DNA of 64,000 nt from Penicillus capitatus (GCA_965649825.1 OZ287695.1:620001-684000), one strand, 5' to 3'. Numbered from the stretch's first letter, positions 24,830-39,600 are shown. Notes: a model not told the origin generated them from the letters alone. Translations and numbers: made by a program.

Positions 24830-25630
24830 CATAACCAGTTGTCGATGGCGATCGATTCGATCGACCTACGTCGCCAAGAACAGCGTTCTCTGCCCATTGG
24901 CATCTGCGACATCGACATCAGCGCTGGTGTCGAGCAATACCTGCCAGGAGTTAGGCAAGGGAAACAAAATGGTCTCCAGATGTCCCTGTGTCGATGCCAG
25001 CATCAACAGGGTCACGACCAGCTGATGACATCGTATCCATGCATGTTGAGAAGCTGAGTATTATCTACTTCAGCAGGAGATGTGTGACGTAGATCAGAGG
25101 CACACCTCAACAATGTCGTCGTATCCACTTTTCGATCTTTCATGCAATACCGTCCGGCCGTTGCTCTTGAAGATTCCGGCGTCCACGGCACTGTCGGCGG
25201 AATCTGAATGCAAATTGCTGGACAGCTGTCTGACTGTTCGATTATAGCTAACACACTTGCAGGAACTCTCTGCCACTGCTTGGTACGGATCGATACAAGT
25301 GAGTCTCTCCATCCTCGTTGACAAAGTTGAGCTTGGCCATCCGAGAAACAAAAAAAGGCACGACAGACAGAGGACAAACCGACCAACTCTTAACCTTCTA
25401 ACCACTCTTTCTTCATTGCTTCAAGCCGGCATGCGCGGACGCAAGATAAAGGCATTTAACATGGCGAGAGACTCCAGCGACTTCATTGAGTGTGATATCG
25501 TGCACATGTGGCCTTCGGTTTTTCCTTCCGTTTCGACAGATCGTTTATCCTGTTCCTCCTCATCGAGACACTTGATGCGTTTGTTTGTAAAGGAAAGGAG
25601 AACATCGCCTAAGTAAGAAAACTGGTTCAC
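24830..25630 (-). pseudogene. Degenerate ankyrin-repeat gene
   Basis: Broken ANK exons: RTVLHERSKSGYDDIVE; TLLMLASTQGHLETI; VLLDTSADVDVADANGQRTLFLAT*; paralogue at 57660-58447. Confidence 0.7.
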
Positions 25631-25899
25631 GCTCTGTCAGCTCTTTCGAGGAAGATTCGGAGTGTTCTGGAACAGCCATTCTTCTAAAGGCAGATGATCA
25701 GTAAGATGCCTGTCTACCCACTATCGTATCTCTTGCCACCGTCGATTCGCTCGAGTCAAAAACGTACGTCTCTGTATACGGTTTTCGAAGTACGATTCGA
25801 GTTTCTGCAGTTGGACGGCTGAGACAGAAGGTTCACGTTCTGCTGGTCTATTATAACCAAAAGACGAACAAGCGAGCGTCGAAAGCTCTCCGGAAGACA

Positions 25900-26655
25900 A
25901 TGAAGATTCCTGTTTCTATCCTTCTTTTTATTTTAGCCGGAGATTTCTCCGTCCTCTGTACTCGCCGTAAGGCATCGACCGGCGCCGCTACACGGCCAGA
26001 CACGCATTCTCTGCTTGGTCAGGTCATAATGACTGGAACACCCTCGTTCGACGCGCGAACCCTTCCCAGTTGACGACGACGCACCATTCAGATTCTCCCG
26101 TGTTCAACCGAAAGGTAACCAAGAGGCTGCCCGCACACTCTCTGCTTACCTATGCTGGCGAGTGTAGAGCACCACGAGCGAAGAGAGAAGGGTACAGTCG
26201 TCCGTGACGGAGTCGGTCGAGTACGGAGACCTCACGGCCGATGCACGCATCCTGGTGTACCCGCGTACATCGTCTGTATCGATATGCGCCCTGCTTTCCA
26301 GGAAGCGGTCTCCGCCATCGAGCGAGACGACGCAGCGAGCCTCGCTGCGTTGATTCGTGCAGGTCTGGATGTCAATACGACGCACTCAGAGCCGGAAGGG
26401 TTTAACTACTCTCCCGACGAGATTCCATCGCTGCTGCACTGAGCGTTGGGCTTCGAGGCACTCGAATGCGTCAAGGCACGTCTATGCCCTTATCGTTTCT
26501 CCCAACTCAAAAACGGTCTCTGGATTGAAGGTTTTCGCGAGAGAAGGAGCGGACGTCGATTCCACTACTCTGTGTTCGTTCACACCGCTTCACGATTCCG
26601 TCCTGATCGATTCGAAGGAGATAGCACAGGTTCGTCCCTGGAACATCTCTTTACT
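25900..26655 (+). pseudogene. Signal peptide + ankyrin gene, 3'-truncated
   Basis: MKIPVSILLFILAGDFSVLC; EAVSAIERDDAASLAALIRAGLDVN..SLLH* (TGA 26440-26442); homology to the other copies ends near 26655. Confidence 0.8.
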
Positions 26656-27269
26656 TGTTACTGAACGAATCCGCGATCGTTATGTTGTTGCATATCGTAA
26701 AACGGATGTCCTCTGGTCCTGATCTGGCAGATGGTCAACTCAACATCTTCAGTCGACTTCATGTCGTCCTTCGAGTAGAACCAGACGCGAAAAAGAAGAC
26801 TGATGCGTCGAATGTGCATCGAGGTTGAATTCGAATGGCAGAGGGATTCTTGATTCCTTTGAAGCAAGAATCTGTTCGATCTATGGACAGAAGCTAGACA
26901 TATGTACATATCGACAGATGCACGTCTGAAAATGGAGTGACCAATGAGAATGTCATCTCTCGTAGTGCAGTCAAACAGGTCTCATGACGAAATTGTCTGA
27001 AAGCAAACGATGTGACGTCTACACTAAATGGCCGAAATCGTCTCTGGCTGATCAATGCGTTTGTTCGCGATAATCGGCTACACATGAACGCAAAATGAGG
27101 TCGTTACAGCACGGAAGTCGGTTCCTTTGTCTTACGAATATCTTTTGATGAGCCGTTTCTTAGGCATAAGACCAATGTCTCGACATCTTTATAAGCAACA
27201 GCATGTTACCGCCATGCTTATCATAACAACAGAACAAAAAGAATAGTACACAACGACAGCTGCCAATCG

Positions 27270-28250
27270 TCATTTCGTCGGAGGCGATGACGGTATGAAA
27301 CATCGTTTCAGTATGAGAAAGAAGAGAGGAAGGAGGATAGCGATCCCCCACACAGGAACAACATATGGCCATGCACGTTCACCTCCCCAGATAACAACAG
27401 CAGCAATCCACGGCAATCCAAACAAAAGACCACACAGATAGCCGCAGACAGATAAAGTCTTGTACTCGCCAAAGAAGAGAGCAAATCCACCAATCAAGCC
27501 ACCGACAGTAAGGAAGAACAGTCCGATTCCCCCAGCGACAAAAACACCAATCCAGAAATGGCACCACGCACCGGAATGCTTCGAGCATCGAACGAGTCCA
27601 CGCTCAACACATCGCCACACCTCACAGTAACGATCTCCTCTGTCCATACACTGACAGACGGATGATTCGACTTCCTTGTCCGAAGTGATGTCTCCTTTCC
27701 AGCGAAAGCAGAACTCGCCGCTCTCGTCCTCTTCCAGACAGCGGTACTCCTCATACTCCACTGCCCCGTCTGTGCCTGTCTCGACACAGCTCCACACCTC
27801 ACAGTGCGTTTCGTTCGAGGATGGCTTGTCGCAGACGCACGTTGTCACTTCGCCGTGGATGGTGTCCTCGCAATCTCCATTGCAGTGGCTGTCGAATCCA
27901 ATTTCTATTTGACTGCACGTCCACATTGGACAGTATGTGCCTGTCGTCTCTCGGCAAAAACACCTTCCTTGTTCAGCTTCTCCGCCGCCCGCTTCTCGCG
28001 TCAACCACTCTGTGCAAAATGCCTCGTTGTCTTGGAGGCAGCGATAGAATTCGCGTTCTTCGTCTCTGACGTCCTTGTAGAGACCTCCTCGGTATCTCCC
28101 CGACTCGGTTCGGTAACCCGTCTGTCGTTTCAACCGCGGCCAGCTGGAAATGTCCGACTCGTATTCGAACTGCGCTCTGCCTTGATGTGACAAGGCATTG
28201 TACATAACAATCAGCAGCAGCGCCTGCAAAGTTCGTCGACGTCGCATCAT
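27270..28250 (-). CDS. Intronless Cys-rich ectodomain + 3-TM membrane protein (326 aa)
   Basis: Long ORF, first ATG at 28250; aligns end to end with 16812-17786, with the five C..C-x2-W units and the TM motifs conserved. Confidence 0.9.
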   Translation of the reverse strand: MMRRRRTLQALLLIVMYNALSHQGRAQFEYESDISSWPRLKRQTGYRTESGRYRGGLYKDVRDEEREFYRCLQDNEAFCTEWLTREAGGGEAEQGRCFCRETTGTYCPMWTCSQIEIGFDSHCNGDCEDTIHGEVTTCVCDKPSSNETHCEVWSCVETGTDGAVEYEEYRCLEEDESGEFCFRWKGDITSDKEVESSVCQCMDRGDRYCEVWRCVERGLVRCSKHSGAWCHFWIGVFVAGGIGLFFLTVGGLIGGFALFFGEYKTLSVCGYLCGLLFGLPWIAAVVIWGGERAWPYVVPVWGIAILLPLFFLILKRCFIPSSPPTK

Positions 28251-28399
28251 GGAAGAAAATAAGTCTTCGGTTCCTGACACTCAAAACTCGTTTCCGCTGA
28301 CGAACACAGTTCCCAGTCAATTTATCTTCTGCTTCAGTGTGAGATTCCTACGAACCATAGAATCATCACTGTACAGAGCTATTGCCAACTTTTTGAAGG

Positions 28400-28900
28400 A
28401 CGCGCTGCCTTGAAGCCGACGATGTGACCTCTGTCGCGTTGCATCATGAAATCGCTGAAGGGTCGAGTCGTCTTGTTCCCTTCGCCTTCGCCTGTGCACG
28501 AGGATCTCTGTGTCCGAGTACGAGGCAAGCCGCGGCTACCTCCAGCGAATCCCCTCTGACGCCGAACGCGACATGCCGTCCTGTTCGCCGAAGGGACGGA
28601 CGCCGCAGAGATGCTGGCACCCTTGTCTCCTCTACCCGTCTCACGATTCCTCGGGCGCTCGAATTGGGACTCGACTTCAGTTCGCCCCACTTAAGACGTT
28701 GTTTTCTTTCGATATTATGCGGCAAAGATCGTTTCTAGCCACTGTCCTCCATTTCGAATTGACTGCTCCTCCGATAAAACGAGCCAAATCCATTGAACAA
28801 TCTGGGTGATTTCGTGCAGGATAACGCACAGCAAATTGAGAAGGTAGTCTATTGGATTTCAGACAGTCATTGAGACCTGTATGCTTCGCAACGCAGAAAT
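28400..28900 (-). repeat. Diverged third copy of the 19 kb / 40 kb unknown repeat
   Basis: Patchy nucleotide similarity (CTCTGTGTCCG..CCGCGG) to 19390-19570. Confidence 0.4.
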
Positions 28901-30130
28901 CGATATCCGTGCACACCACTTCGGATTTGACGTTTCCGACTAGTCATTGACGTCGTCTAAGGAGTCTCATTGTTTTCAGGGATCTCACAATGAGCATGAT
29001 CGTTAGACCTTAGAAATTGAAAACACACTGTGTCCTGACTTAACCACTCAGTACTTCAAAAACATGAAGTCTTTCTACCATCCGGGATTTGAACGAAAAT
29101 CCGAGATCGAGAACATTCGGACATCTCAGAACATACCGTGTGAATTACACCAGCAGTCCTCATGAATACATCAACAATGCCTTTTGATCCATTCTGTGCC
29201 GATCTAATGCCACAAACAGAATAGATGTATGTGTACACGGCACCAGACACCGCTGTCTGCCATGGACACCTCCATCCAGCCTCGCACAGTTCATTCTGCT
29301 GAGCAAACTTGCTGATTGGTTTCAACAAACCTGCTATCGCTTCAAGGAATTAGCGTTGAGGAAAATAGCGACAAACTGCTCGAGCTTCAGAGGTACACAT
29401 ACACAATTCTCGTCGATTTACTGCCACAGAACTTGACGATCTCAATTATGCAGCGCATTGTTCGGAATGACTGATGTCTCCGAATCTATACTGCCTTCGC
29501 ACTTTTATCAATCAAGAGCGCAGGATGGCAGAATTCATTAACCGAGAATCTCTCCCGTCACGTGCTTTACTTCGTTCATCGTTCTGTCGGCTTTTTTGAC
29601 GAACGTGACTCTGATACCACGTCCTTTCGTGGTGAATGGAGTCGTGTAGGTATAAGTGACGGATGGCTGCTGTAGCTTCGACCGAACCGGCGACAAGAAA
29701 TAACTTCAGCCCTGCATCGAACCGTCACCCGAATTTAAGCGGAATTTTCGTCATCGCTTCACTTTGCAGCCGCTTGTCGCATTCGCAAATCTTGTCGCCG
29801 CCGTGGCCACATCCAGAACACTCGCGGTCGTCCCTGCTGTGCGACAGGTTCCAGGTATCATTGTCTCGTGTTTGCGCAGACGCGGGGCTTCTACCCGTCA
29901 TCTCTCCGATCCGGGCCGGACCGGTCCGTCGCGATATCAACAAGGCTTAGTACATCAGTCTTTAAACTCCTGCTCACTGGTTTGTTTTCCAGGCGAAGTG
30001 GTCACAAAAGCCTACGTATTTACTCGACATCACTTGACAGTCGTGCGACCAGTCGCAAATTGAAGCAAACGGTTGACGGCGTTCAAAGCGTCTTTCTTTT
30101 TGGTTTTCAATCTTGGCGCGGTTAGAAAGA

Positions 30131-31537
30131 ATGTTGGTATACATCGCAAGGCCGATGACGAAACCCTTCCTCATGTCTTGCTCTCCTGAAGACAAAGTTG
30201 GAGATATGAAAATAAAAGTGTTCGACACGGAGGGAATCCCTCCCCGTCAACAACGCTTTACTCATCGAAGCAGAACGCTCATGGACGACAGGAAACTAAA
30301 GGACTGCGGCATTCGAGACAGAGACTCTATATTCCTGGAGTTGCCGTCAAGGGCAGCAAAAACAATGAAGATATGCATAAAGACGATGGATGATAAAACC
30401 ATTCTTGTCTCTTGCTCTTCCGAAGACACGGTAAATGACATCAAAATGAAAGTGGAACACAAATTGGAGATCCGACACGATCTGCAATACTTTACTCATC
30501 GAAGCAGAACGCTCATGGACGACAGGAAACTAAAGCACTACGGCATTAAAGACAGAGACTTTATATTCCTGGAGCTCCTGCCAAGCGAGCTGGAAACAAT
30601 GAAGATATGCATAAAGACGATGGATAGCAAGACCATTCAAATCTTTTGCTCTCCCGAAGACACCGTTCGTAATATTAAAGCGAGAGTGTTCGACACAGAG
30701 AGAATCCCTCCGCGCCGACAACGCTTCACTAATCGAAGCAGAACGCTCATGGACGATAGAAAACTAAAGCACTACGGCATTAAAGACAGAGACTTTATAT
30801 TCCTGAAGCTCCTGCCAAGCGAGCTGGAAACAATGAACATATGCATAAGGACTTTGGATAATAAAACCTACTCTGTCTCTTTCTCTCATGAAGACACAGT
30901 TAACGACATCAAAATCGAAATGGAAAGGATTACGGGGATAGCACGCGAAAATCAACGGATTATTTTCGCTGGGAAAGGTCTTCTTACAGACGAAATGATC
31001 CTTAAGGACTCCGGCATATTTGACAACTGCACTTTGTCGCTGGTGACCCGATTACTCGGAGGAGGCGGGTTTTCCCCTTGCGTGGGATTCGACTTCGCCA
31101 GTATGAAAAGCGGCGGCAAGAAGAAGTTTTCCCAGGATGCGCCGCATTACAGAGCCATTGATTATGGATTCAATCTGGAGGGTCGATGCATGAATGAGAA
31201 GTGCGAAGCTTTCAAGCAATTGGCATGGAGCAGACTCGGATTCTCCCGCTCTCTTAATGAAGTTGATTCTCTCTTTGAAACGGCTGGCTTCAACATTGGC
31301 TTGCTGCTGCACAACACGCCATGTCCTCTCTGCAAAGAGTCAATGGACCCTAATTCTATTGTGTCTTGTGGATTCTATCGATGCAAGTATACCTTTGAAG
31401 GTTATCAGCAAGGAGAGAAGTCTGTCATCAAAGGAAGCGGCAAGGCTATTGACACAGATGGAATCGAGTACCATAACGGTGTCATGGACAGCAAGAGCTG
31501 GACGACGTTGATCATCGTCGTCAAAAAACTACTTTGA
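30131..31537 (+). CDS. Intronless protein with four tandem ubiquitin-like domains and a Cys-rich C-terminal domain (468 aa)
   Basis: UBL units start at 30131, 30365, 30599 and 30833 (234-nt period); UBL4 IIFAGK..TLSLVTRLLGG; tail GFNLEGRCMNEKC..TPCPLC..CGFYRC. Confidence 0.92.
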   Translation: MLVYIARPMTKPFLMSCSPEDKVGDMKIKVFDTEGIPPRQQRFTHRSRTLMDDRKLKDCGIRDRDSIFLELPSRAAKTMKICIKTMDDKTILVSCSSEDTVNDIKMKVEHKLEIRHDLQYFTHRSRTLMDDRKLKHYGIKDRDFIFLELLPSELETMKICIKTMDSKTIQIFCSPEDTVRNIKARVFDTERIPPRRQRFTNRSRTLMDDRKLKHYGIKDRDFIFLKLLPSELETMNICIRTLDNKTYSVSFSHEDTVNDIKIEMERITGIARENQRIIFAGKGLLTDEMILKDSGIFDNCTLSLVTRLLGGGGFSPCVGFDFASMKSGGKKKFSQDAPHYRAIDYGFNLEGRCMNEKCEAFKQLAWSRLGFSRSLNEVDSLFETAGFNIGLLLHNTPCPLCKESMDPNSIVSCGFYRCKYTFEGYQQGEKSVIKGSGKAIDTDGIEYHNGVMDSKSWTTLIIVVKKLL

Positions 31538-32599
31538 AATGCCACCACCTGACACCACTTGAGATTAGTGTCTTTTTTTGAGAGACTATCGCCTGGAGAA
31601 GTCTCGCAGAAACCAACCTTCCACATTCCCTCGACTGTCAACCAATCTGCTGACCGTATACACAGACCAGAACTATTATTTCTATCCATTATTGCAATGT
31701 CAAACAAGTTTGAGCAGCAACTATCTTAGGATGTGCTTGTTCCTCTTTAAGTGTCTGGTTAAACAATTTACACGTGCGACAAACCACTGCTTTGTCTCAG
31801 ATACTATGTCATTCTTGTAAGAAGTGTAGTAGCTGACAGGATGAAACAAAGTCTTCAAGAAGAGATCATACGGCACGAGGATCGATAAAGGCTCTTGGAC
31901 CAGATGGTGCTGTCTGATCAAGCAGTACTCGTAGGTAGCCGGTCGAGAGATCGGATTGGAGAACTGCCACCGCATGCATTCGCAGGAATTGATTGCATTG
32001 CAGTACGACGACCACTTGCTGACGATTCCGCCACTTCGGTTGCGTTTCAGAGAATTTCTGACCTTTAACGCAACAGCCATCGTTTCGTGATCGGACGGGA
32101 ACGAAGCTTCCCTTCTCCTAGGATGCAGGGCATCCATCGAGTTCGAAGGAGTTCGCAGTCACAGCGCTTAATTCGAATTATCTGCCTCGTCGACAATCCC
32201 TGCTGCAGGAGTATAGCTTCAGTGTACCGAAGTCTCTCACCAAGTTAACTGCGAGTCATGGCAGAGATCTAAGTAAGACACGTGGCAGCCCTATCTGCAC
32301 CTAAATTATAAAACCTCCTTCGATTGTTTGGTATCCATTCTTGGTTCGACGACGATTTGTAGAATGATTGATGTTTTGCGCAGCGGCTTTCCGTCTTTTT
32401 TCCTTTATGCGTTGAAAACATCGCAAAATTGACAGCTGTGCGATCATTGGCCCTCAAGATAATTCGTTCCTGTGTCTGTATGAGAAGAGATGTGGTTAAA
32501 TGATAGATCATGCATTCATGTATTCAGGTTTCGAGGAACATCTGATGAGATTTGGTTGTTTGGAATCGAAACCTCTGGGAGATGCCCTTAGTGTTTGCA

Positions 32600-33290
32600 T
32601 TCTGTGTCCCAATTACCACAACAACTGCTAGGAAGACCATATCATCGCTCTTTGTGGACTGCTCGCTGGGGGTTCCTCCTTCACCTCGCCGCCTTATTGG
32701 ATAACCCAGTCACACAATGAGGAAGACTCTCGGTCCGTCGCTTGAGGCATTTGGATATGTCTCCACGACACCTGTGCTGGCGAACCCACATCTCCAAAGC
32801 CTTTTAGATTCATGAAGCAGCAGCAGGAGAGTTAGAAATGCCTCTTCGCCGAGATCAGTGTTTGTTGGCACCTTGACGACGGTGACTGCACATGAACAAC
32901 AAGCCGCGACTCATTTCAATCCGTGAGGGACAGGGCAGCTGTCGCAGCACACGATCTTCTTCAGTTCGTTGCCGTATGCCATCTAGCATTGGAAGGTACA
33001 GATATGTTCTGCTGCTTGGCTGATTTTCTACTGGCGACGAAGAGGGTGATGTCGACCGAGGTGAGATGCGAGAACTTCCGCAGAGGAACGAGATCCAGCG
33101 GACCGAAGAGGCGGTTCTTGTGCGGACAGATGTCGTAGATGTTCTGATTGATGGCCTCGCTCCAGTGCTTGTTTATGAGACGTAATAAAGGACCGTCGGA
33201 CTTCGATCTTCGTAATACTTTGAGGAATGGACCAGACACAGATAAGTGGAAACGGAAGAGATACCCAATGACGTGGCACCTTCCTGAAGA
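32600..33290 (-). pseudogene. Probable F-box/LRR relic
   Basis: WVSLPFPLI..(shift)..LLRLINKHWSEAI..LRKFSHLTSVDIT and SLPHCVTGLS resemble algal F-box-LRR proteins; frameshifted. Confidence 0.4.
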
Positions 33291-33592
33291 ACTGGAGTTT
33301 CTGTGAGGAATGTTTGAATCATAGCACGCGAACGGTCAGTTTACACGAGGCAACCCATCAGGCTCCTTCGTCGTCATCAGTCTCATCATCCGCTTCAGCA
33401 TACGTCATCACCACGGGGGAGAACACTCATTGTCACCTCACATGGTCTAACAGACCCGTAATGAATGTCTGCTAAACGGAGTAACGAATTGCTTCCATTA
33501 TCTTATCGATAGAGTTGTATTAGATCATCAAAGTCGGCATGCGTCACGACTTCTTTGCGTAGAACGCGTCACGTCAAGTCGCGGGGTTCAAA

Positions 33593-34423
33593 ATGATCCT
33601 TTGTCTTCGCGTTTCGCCTTTTGTCATCGACCAGTTCCATTTAGGCTATCTTAGCATACCCTCCCCTTCGTTTCTTCACCGCGGCAATCATCTGACATCG
33701 CAGAAAGGGGAAGAGAAGGCAGTTTACATGAGTGCTCGGCAACCGATCTATCTTCCGTTCGACGGCACGTGCAGATATGCAGCCGCGACGGAGACGTGAC
33801 TCTTGCATTCGCGGACAGTTCTTTTCTAAAAACGCAGTCCAAGTTGATGCAGCTGGCGTCTCTCACATTCGACGCAATGCTGACAGACAGCTATCACAGA
33901 GAAAGAATAGACATGGAAACAACATCCATGCATCTACCTGATTCACATTCCGTACAGAACATCAATCCGTTCGCAGAAACGGATCTAATCGTAAAAACAC
34001 GCAACCGCGACAGTCCTGACGCGTTTTGACATTCAGGTCGACATAGTGGTACAGGCGAGGAAGTTCAAGTTCGACGCCCTGCTGACGTTGTTGGATGATT
34101 CGATTTCCGAAAAACTATCTCTTAGTCACCCTTCTACGTTAAAATTCCTCTTCCTGAGCAGCAGCACCTTCCGGAAAACCAAGCAGATTTTTACCACGCG
34201 GCCATCCATTTTTAAGCCGAGCTGCTCAATTTTAAAACAAGCAGATGCGTTTACATGTTGCCAACTTTTGCGGAGAATCGTCATTGATTTTGAAAACATT
34301 CATAGTCGCGGAGAGGGACGATTTCTGCTTGATCATCGCCATAAGCAGATCTTCAGGCATGTTGCCGCGAATGAAAGCCCCAATTTCTTCAAGATGCTGG
34401 TGGGAGATCTTACAGAGGACTGA
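33593..34423 (+). pseudogene. BTB gene copy 2
   Basis: Colinear with 4267-5047, same intron; frameshifts, and the SRETWVRILNFLHP segment is missing. Confidence 0.75.
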
Positions 34424-35012
34424 TGGTGTTTGTTCGTCATGATGGGCAACTGAAGTCAAAGACGGTATCTGATATGGCAGTCCACGGGATGAACAGTGAG
34501 AAGCACTAGACACTGAGGTTGTAATGGTGTTTCTTAAAGACCTAATGATGGGTTAGCAAAAGGATCCCGCTTCGTTGTTCGGATTCATCACTAATTGATC
34601 GGTCATTTCGAATTCTCTCCAGTGCTGTCCCGTTTTATACAGAGTCGTTCGGATACGAAAAAATGTCACCGTCCAAGACTTGTCCGTATTCTTTCACGTT
34701 ATTGTTTCGCTGGCAATTGACGCCGGCGAAAGCGAACAGTCTATCACCAATAAATTTCGAGATCCCTTTCCGTCAGTAAATGTAAAAGCCTTTCTCGTTT
34801 GGCATCGCCTTTGTCGGAAACATGTTGTCGAAGGGACCAACACTCTCAGGACCTGGCCGTTTTGTTCCCGCGCGATCCTGTTCGAATTCGCACGGTAAAC
34901 GCATGGCGACGATCAAATCGCACAGAGAAATATTGCAAGGAGTGTTTGTCGACAGAAGAACGAAACGTAGCACCGTGTTTCGTTGCCGTAGAAAGGTTCA
35001 AAGAGATGCAGT

Positions 35013-37627
<2,615 letters not shown>

Positions 37628-37849
37628 CTTCTCCAACGAGAAATGCGTTTAGATGCGAAAACAGTCAACCTGTCCCGAGTCATCTGCTGTACCGAATTGA
37701 TCTCGATTCATTCTCGACGTTAAACGGCATCGCCTTTTCTGCCGTGTTTCGCCGTTCACTTCGCCATCGCAAAAATGCGCTCGAGCACTGTCTATGGCCG
37801 ACAGGACCAAAACACGTGAACAATCGACTGCACGAGGCAGCTTGTCATT

Positions 37850-39600
37850 CCTTTTGTCGTCAGTAAGTCACGTCATCTGTCCCATCTCGAGTCATCGTCG
37901 GCACTAATCCCTCAGTGCGATCTCATGCTCTGTCACTTCTACTCACATCGGGAACAAAACTCCCCTCGCGTTCAAAACTTCACATCGCGACAGAAACACG
38001 GTCGTCATCATCGAAAACACATCTCGGAGTTCTCCCGTGACATGCCTATTCTCCATCGTCCTCTCAATCGCTGAACCGTTTCAATCGATCTCAATGTACT
38101 GTCAGAAGCACTTTCCCACTCGAGTCATCTTTCAAGGAATAAAGATTCTCAGCCACTCTGTCGATCATTGTGCATGTTTCTGCTTAACGCAAGTCGAGTT
38201 TGGCTCGAGTTCTGCTCTTCCAAGAAACGCAAAGAGTCACTCTTTTAACAAGTTGTCATTTCAATCGTCTTTCTCTACTCGGCGTCTGCGCTCTGCCACT
38301 GCAGGCAGAGAGTGTCACGAATCTAGGCGTCGCATCGGTCTTCTGCCACATGGACCACGCTCATCGACAAGTTTTCATCGTCCAGCATCGTCAGTAAACC
38401 AATGTCTGCAGCTCATGTCATGAGCATCACACGTAATGCTTTCGTCTTTTGCCTTCCTCGATTTCTCGACTCAAAACCCATCAGGATTTTGGCTGGCGAT
38501 GTCCCTAGAACCAAAAGATGCAACGTTCGGACGGCATAGAGTAGGTACGCTATGAAGGCTAACATGCCGATCTGCCTTCTTTCCATGCTCGCTTTGATAT
38601 CGTCAACAAGACTTCGATTGCATCTCTCGACCATCCTGCAGCTTTCTGGTGTCAGCTCTCTCGATGTCGTATGTCGAATGTCATTGCCACAGGGTATCTC
38701 CTGCGAACCATCCTGCGCGAAGCTTGTGGTTTGATCGGTTAACAAAAAAGTCGACTTGTCAAAACGCGTCGCTATCTCCGCCTTCGGTACTGCTTCTGTA
38801 CATTGGCTGCAGTACAATCGATTGCAGCGAACGCCTTTGGTCATGGTGCACAAGTCGATGGAGTTGAGCATGCATTTGCCTCTTCGCCTTGTCAGCGGCA
38901 ATGATCCGATGAAATCTGCCGCGAGGACCTCGAATGACTAGACGACAACGGACTCTCACTCTCTCTCTCGCACTTGCTTGATCACTAGGTTGTTGACACA
39001 GCCGACAACTTCGCGCTGTTTCTAAGCGTTTGTCATACAATCTCGGCCATCAGTGCTCGAGTGGAGATCGTGCTGTGAGTTTTCCGGCGCTTCATGGCCG
39101 CCAGCGCGATGTGACATCTTCTACGCGGCAGGCTTTCGCGTGCGGTTTACAAAGACGATGATACGAGACTGTGTGTTTGTCATCCTTGTGTGGCGCGTTC
39201 CTGTGACGTCGTCCATCCAATGCGGACGAAGCCAAGAAGGAATCGAAGCTCCGTGTTCGCGATCGTTGTGAGACTTCGTTGCTTGTCTATGTAAGAAACT
39301 TGCAGTTGGGGATGGAGATGACAGCAGTACCTCGATGTGACATCTACACTGTCTTGCAGTCCAGGTTGGACCGAAACCACCATCTGATCTTTCCGTTGCG
39401 TCTGATCGCGATAAGCGGCTACAAACGCACTCGCAATGACGTAGGTCACTGAATCCTGAAACTCTGTCTTCTTCTCGTACGAAGAGCGTTTTGCTTGAAC
39501 GCCTCTTAGGCAGGCGATCTGTGTCAAGACATCTTGTCAGAGGACAAAATACGAGAATGGCGCATGGCGCACGACTTCCGCACAAACCACGAGGAGTGAA
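37850..39600 (-). mobile_element. Degenerate Ty3/gypsy pol remnant (RT fragment, then integrase)
   Basis: ELRFLLGFV (RT thumb-like) near 39250; WPRLY..SCRLCQ (Zn finger); LAADFIGSLP..IDLC, LLTDQ, MVERCNRSL (D,D,E), SPAKILMG; RT-before-IN order. Confidence 0.8.

Noticed and set aside
29725-29943. CSGCGHGGDKICEC as a gag zinc knuckle
   Set aside because: Spacing does not fit CCHC and there is no supporting retroelement context.
37860-37930. Possible chromodomain (..G.TADDDS.W) after the gypsy integrase
   Set aside because: Too degenerate (stops, short match) to call.
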